In this document: piece by piece, positions 62,001-64,000 of the stretch
Position numbering within the stretch: position 1 is the first letter of the stretch
Layout: each line of letters begins with the position of its first letter
Assembly: GCA_030141605.1 (NCBI GenBank)
Contig: JAQGDQ010000182.1
Span: 248,001 to 312,000 of the forward strand
Source of the DNA: Tubiluchus corallicola
Lineage: Eukaryota; Animalia; Priapulida
Length of the DNA stretch: 64,000 nt
Direction: 5' to 3'
Made by a program: the position numbers and the translations under genes
Notes under the pieces: generated by a model
Seen by the model: only the letters and a program-made list of their open reading frames with translations
Told to the model about the DNA's origin: nothing
The model's database searches: none

Positions 62001-64000
62001 ATAGAAATCTCAGGAACAACATGAGAACTTGAGGGTGTTGACTTAGAAGAAGCTTGGTTATTAGAAGTTTGTGGTAAGCAGAAAAATTTCTGATGTTGCA
62101 TGAGGGACTCTTGACTCACAAAAACGGAATTACACTGATGGCACGAAAAAACAGTTGAAGGAAACAGTACTGCAGGTTGAGCAAGCTGACCAACAGGAAT
62201 TGTAGGCATTAGGCCAGATGATGATATCATGGGCGAAACTAGATTGGCAACGGATGATACAACATTAGTTGAAGTTTGTATCGGAAATGATTTAGATGAC
62301 TGTGATGATGATGGTGTTGACTCAGCTATAGACACATGCGAAGATGAAACACAAGGTGTTAAATTTTGCTTTGTAAGCAGCATCTCAGCAAGAATCTTTT
62401 TATGCTCGTGCTGCAATTGAGCTTGAGATTTCTGCATGTCAGGTGACTCAATCAATGGCTGACTCAGGTCAACTTTTCCAGTTAAAGCAAGCTCTTGTAG
62501 CTTAGATGCTCTGGTTTGATGTAGTACAGACCTCATGTGGATGTCCAATGTGGAGCTTTGAGTATAGGAAGCTTTACAGATGTTACACTTATATGGTTTC
62601 TTGTCTTCTTCAGTTGGGCTAATAGCTTCTTCTAAATTATCTGCACTACTTCGCTTCAATTTGTGCAAATGTGAAACAGAATTGTAGTGAACTAAAAGTA
62701 TGTTTTTCTGTGTGAAAGATTCTTTACAAACATCACATTTGTAAGGACGGTTGGGATCTAAATACTTCTCCATGGGATATGTTAGCTTTTCACCCTTTCT
62801 GTGAAGCAATGTTTTGTTATGGCTAGTAAGGTAGCATTGTTTAGTGAATGCAACTTTGCACTTATGACATTTGTATTTTCTTGATGGATCATTGTAGTTT
62901 TCTTCAGCTACAGATGGGCTGTTTTTTAGATCCTCCAGATATTCCTTATTTTCACTTTGCTCGCTATCAGAAGGCAACGTATCTGCATTCTCCTCATTAA
63001 CCTCATCAGAGGTTTCGTCATCTTCTGGTTCCTGTTTTGCTTCCATGCCCATAACCACTTTGCTTAGAGAAGCGGCAAGTGCAGCATTGCATTGCTCCAC
63101 ATCAGCAGGAGTCATGTCGGTATGCATTGTCTCCATGTGGCGTCGCAATGCTGCCACGGAGCGGAAACTTCTACCGCAAACCATGCAGCAAGTTGCAGCC
63201 CTAATAGCATGGTATTGTGAGTGACCTTGCAATTTTTCTAATGTCTTAAAGGCAAGACTGCACTGGTTGCACCTATATTTGTACAAGTGCCTCTCGGATA
63301 TCGCTACTTGTTGTTTCTTGTCATGGATTTCACGAAAATGGGTACGAAGAAGATGTGCTGTTTTAAAATACTGATTACAACCCTTTTTCCAACAGAGGTA
63401 GCCCGGTCCACGAGGGCCTTGCTGCATCTGTAAATGTCCTTGCTCATTCTGATGGTCGTACAAATCATCAATCGAGACGAACATTCTTGCACACATCTGG
63501 CATCGATATTCTTCTGTATCGATACTTTCAGCTGCAGGTGGCGGATTGGTATCAATTACTAGTTCACCTTCTTCATCCGAGTTCTCATTGTTGACCTGAG
63601 TGTTATTATTCTCTGGAATTTCCTTTGTCACTGATTGTCCAGTCACACTTGAAGCCATCCAGTCTGGTTTCTCTACCATCATCAGAAGCCGCTGCATTCC
63701 CTCTGTTGTCACATTGTGCATCTTAATTAGATGTTTTTCTAACTTCCCCATCTCTTGGAACTCGTCTTGACAGAGCGGACAAGTCAAAGATTTTGGTCGT
63801 TGAGTGTGCTGTGCCAGGACGTGCGCCCGTATCCGAACCTCGTTAGGGCTGCTGTAATTACAGTACGGACACACATATAATTGATCCACATCTACAGAGT
63901 TGGTATCACCACTAGCTGACTGGTCATTGGGATCTAGTAAGACTTGCTTTAACATGCTCTTGTCGTCTGCCTCCTTCTCTGTTTTAACTACCATAGTGCT
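53040..64000 (-). CDS. ZFHX4: Zinc-finger homeobox protein ZFHX3/4 (zfh2/ATBF1), 5' incomplete; exons >64000-58292, 57883-57655, 53650-53040
   Basis: Many C2H2 fingers (YKCDVCKESFTQKNILLVHYNSVSH, YKCNICKASYTQSSTLDIHMRSVLH); four homeodomains (HWFRNTLFKERQR, VWFQNARQKARK, VWFQNTRARERK, VWFQNARAKEKK); CtBP motif PLDLS. GT-AG introns in phase 0 and 1. The frame is still open at 64000. Invertebrate co-orthologue of ZFHX3 and ZFHX4. Confidence 0.95.
56332..56385. repeat. (AAAC)n/(ATAC)n microsatellite in a ZFHX intron
   Basis: taaacaaacaaacaaacaaacatacaagcatacatacaaacaacaaacaagcaaa. Confidence 0.85.

Noticed and set aside
1-64000. CRISPR arrays, tRNA/rRNA genes, operons or prokaryotic defence systems
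   Set aside because: The DNA is spliceosomal-intron-containing animal sequence; no repeat-spacer array or structural RNA gene was seen.

Overview
AT-rich, intron-rich animal genomic DNA, probably a non-insect invertebrate bilaterian (inference from a four-homeodomain ZFHX and the repeat repertoire). Four host genes can be read: GID8/TWA1 (+, 4 coding exons, 15660-19049), NEK11 (+, 11 coding exons, 24104-35940), a synaptojanin whose 1249-aa CDS has no introns (+, 44506-48255) and the 3' part of a ZFHX3/4 (zfh2/ATBF1) gene (-, 53040 to beyond 64000, with one exon of at least 5.7 kb). Mobile DNA: a complete and apparently very young 4.7-kb Mag-type Ty3/Gypsy element (195-bp LTRs identical by eye, GATAG TSD, one intact ORF), a near full-length decayed CR1 LINE with PHD-finger ORF1, further CR1 and non-LTR RT fragments, and several non-autonomous TIR elements, one with 37-bp TIRs and a 6-bp TSD. 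The best leads are a UGA-CUAG readthrough context on GID8, a tandemly duplicated branch point plus acceptor before the last NEK11 exon, the intronless synaptojanin with a duplicated TPPxSP motif that differs only at silent sites, and the unclassified 6-bp-TSD transposon. I found no multi-gene novel system. All coordinates and alignments were done by eye, with no database searches.
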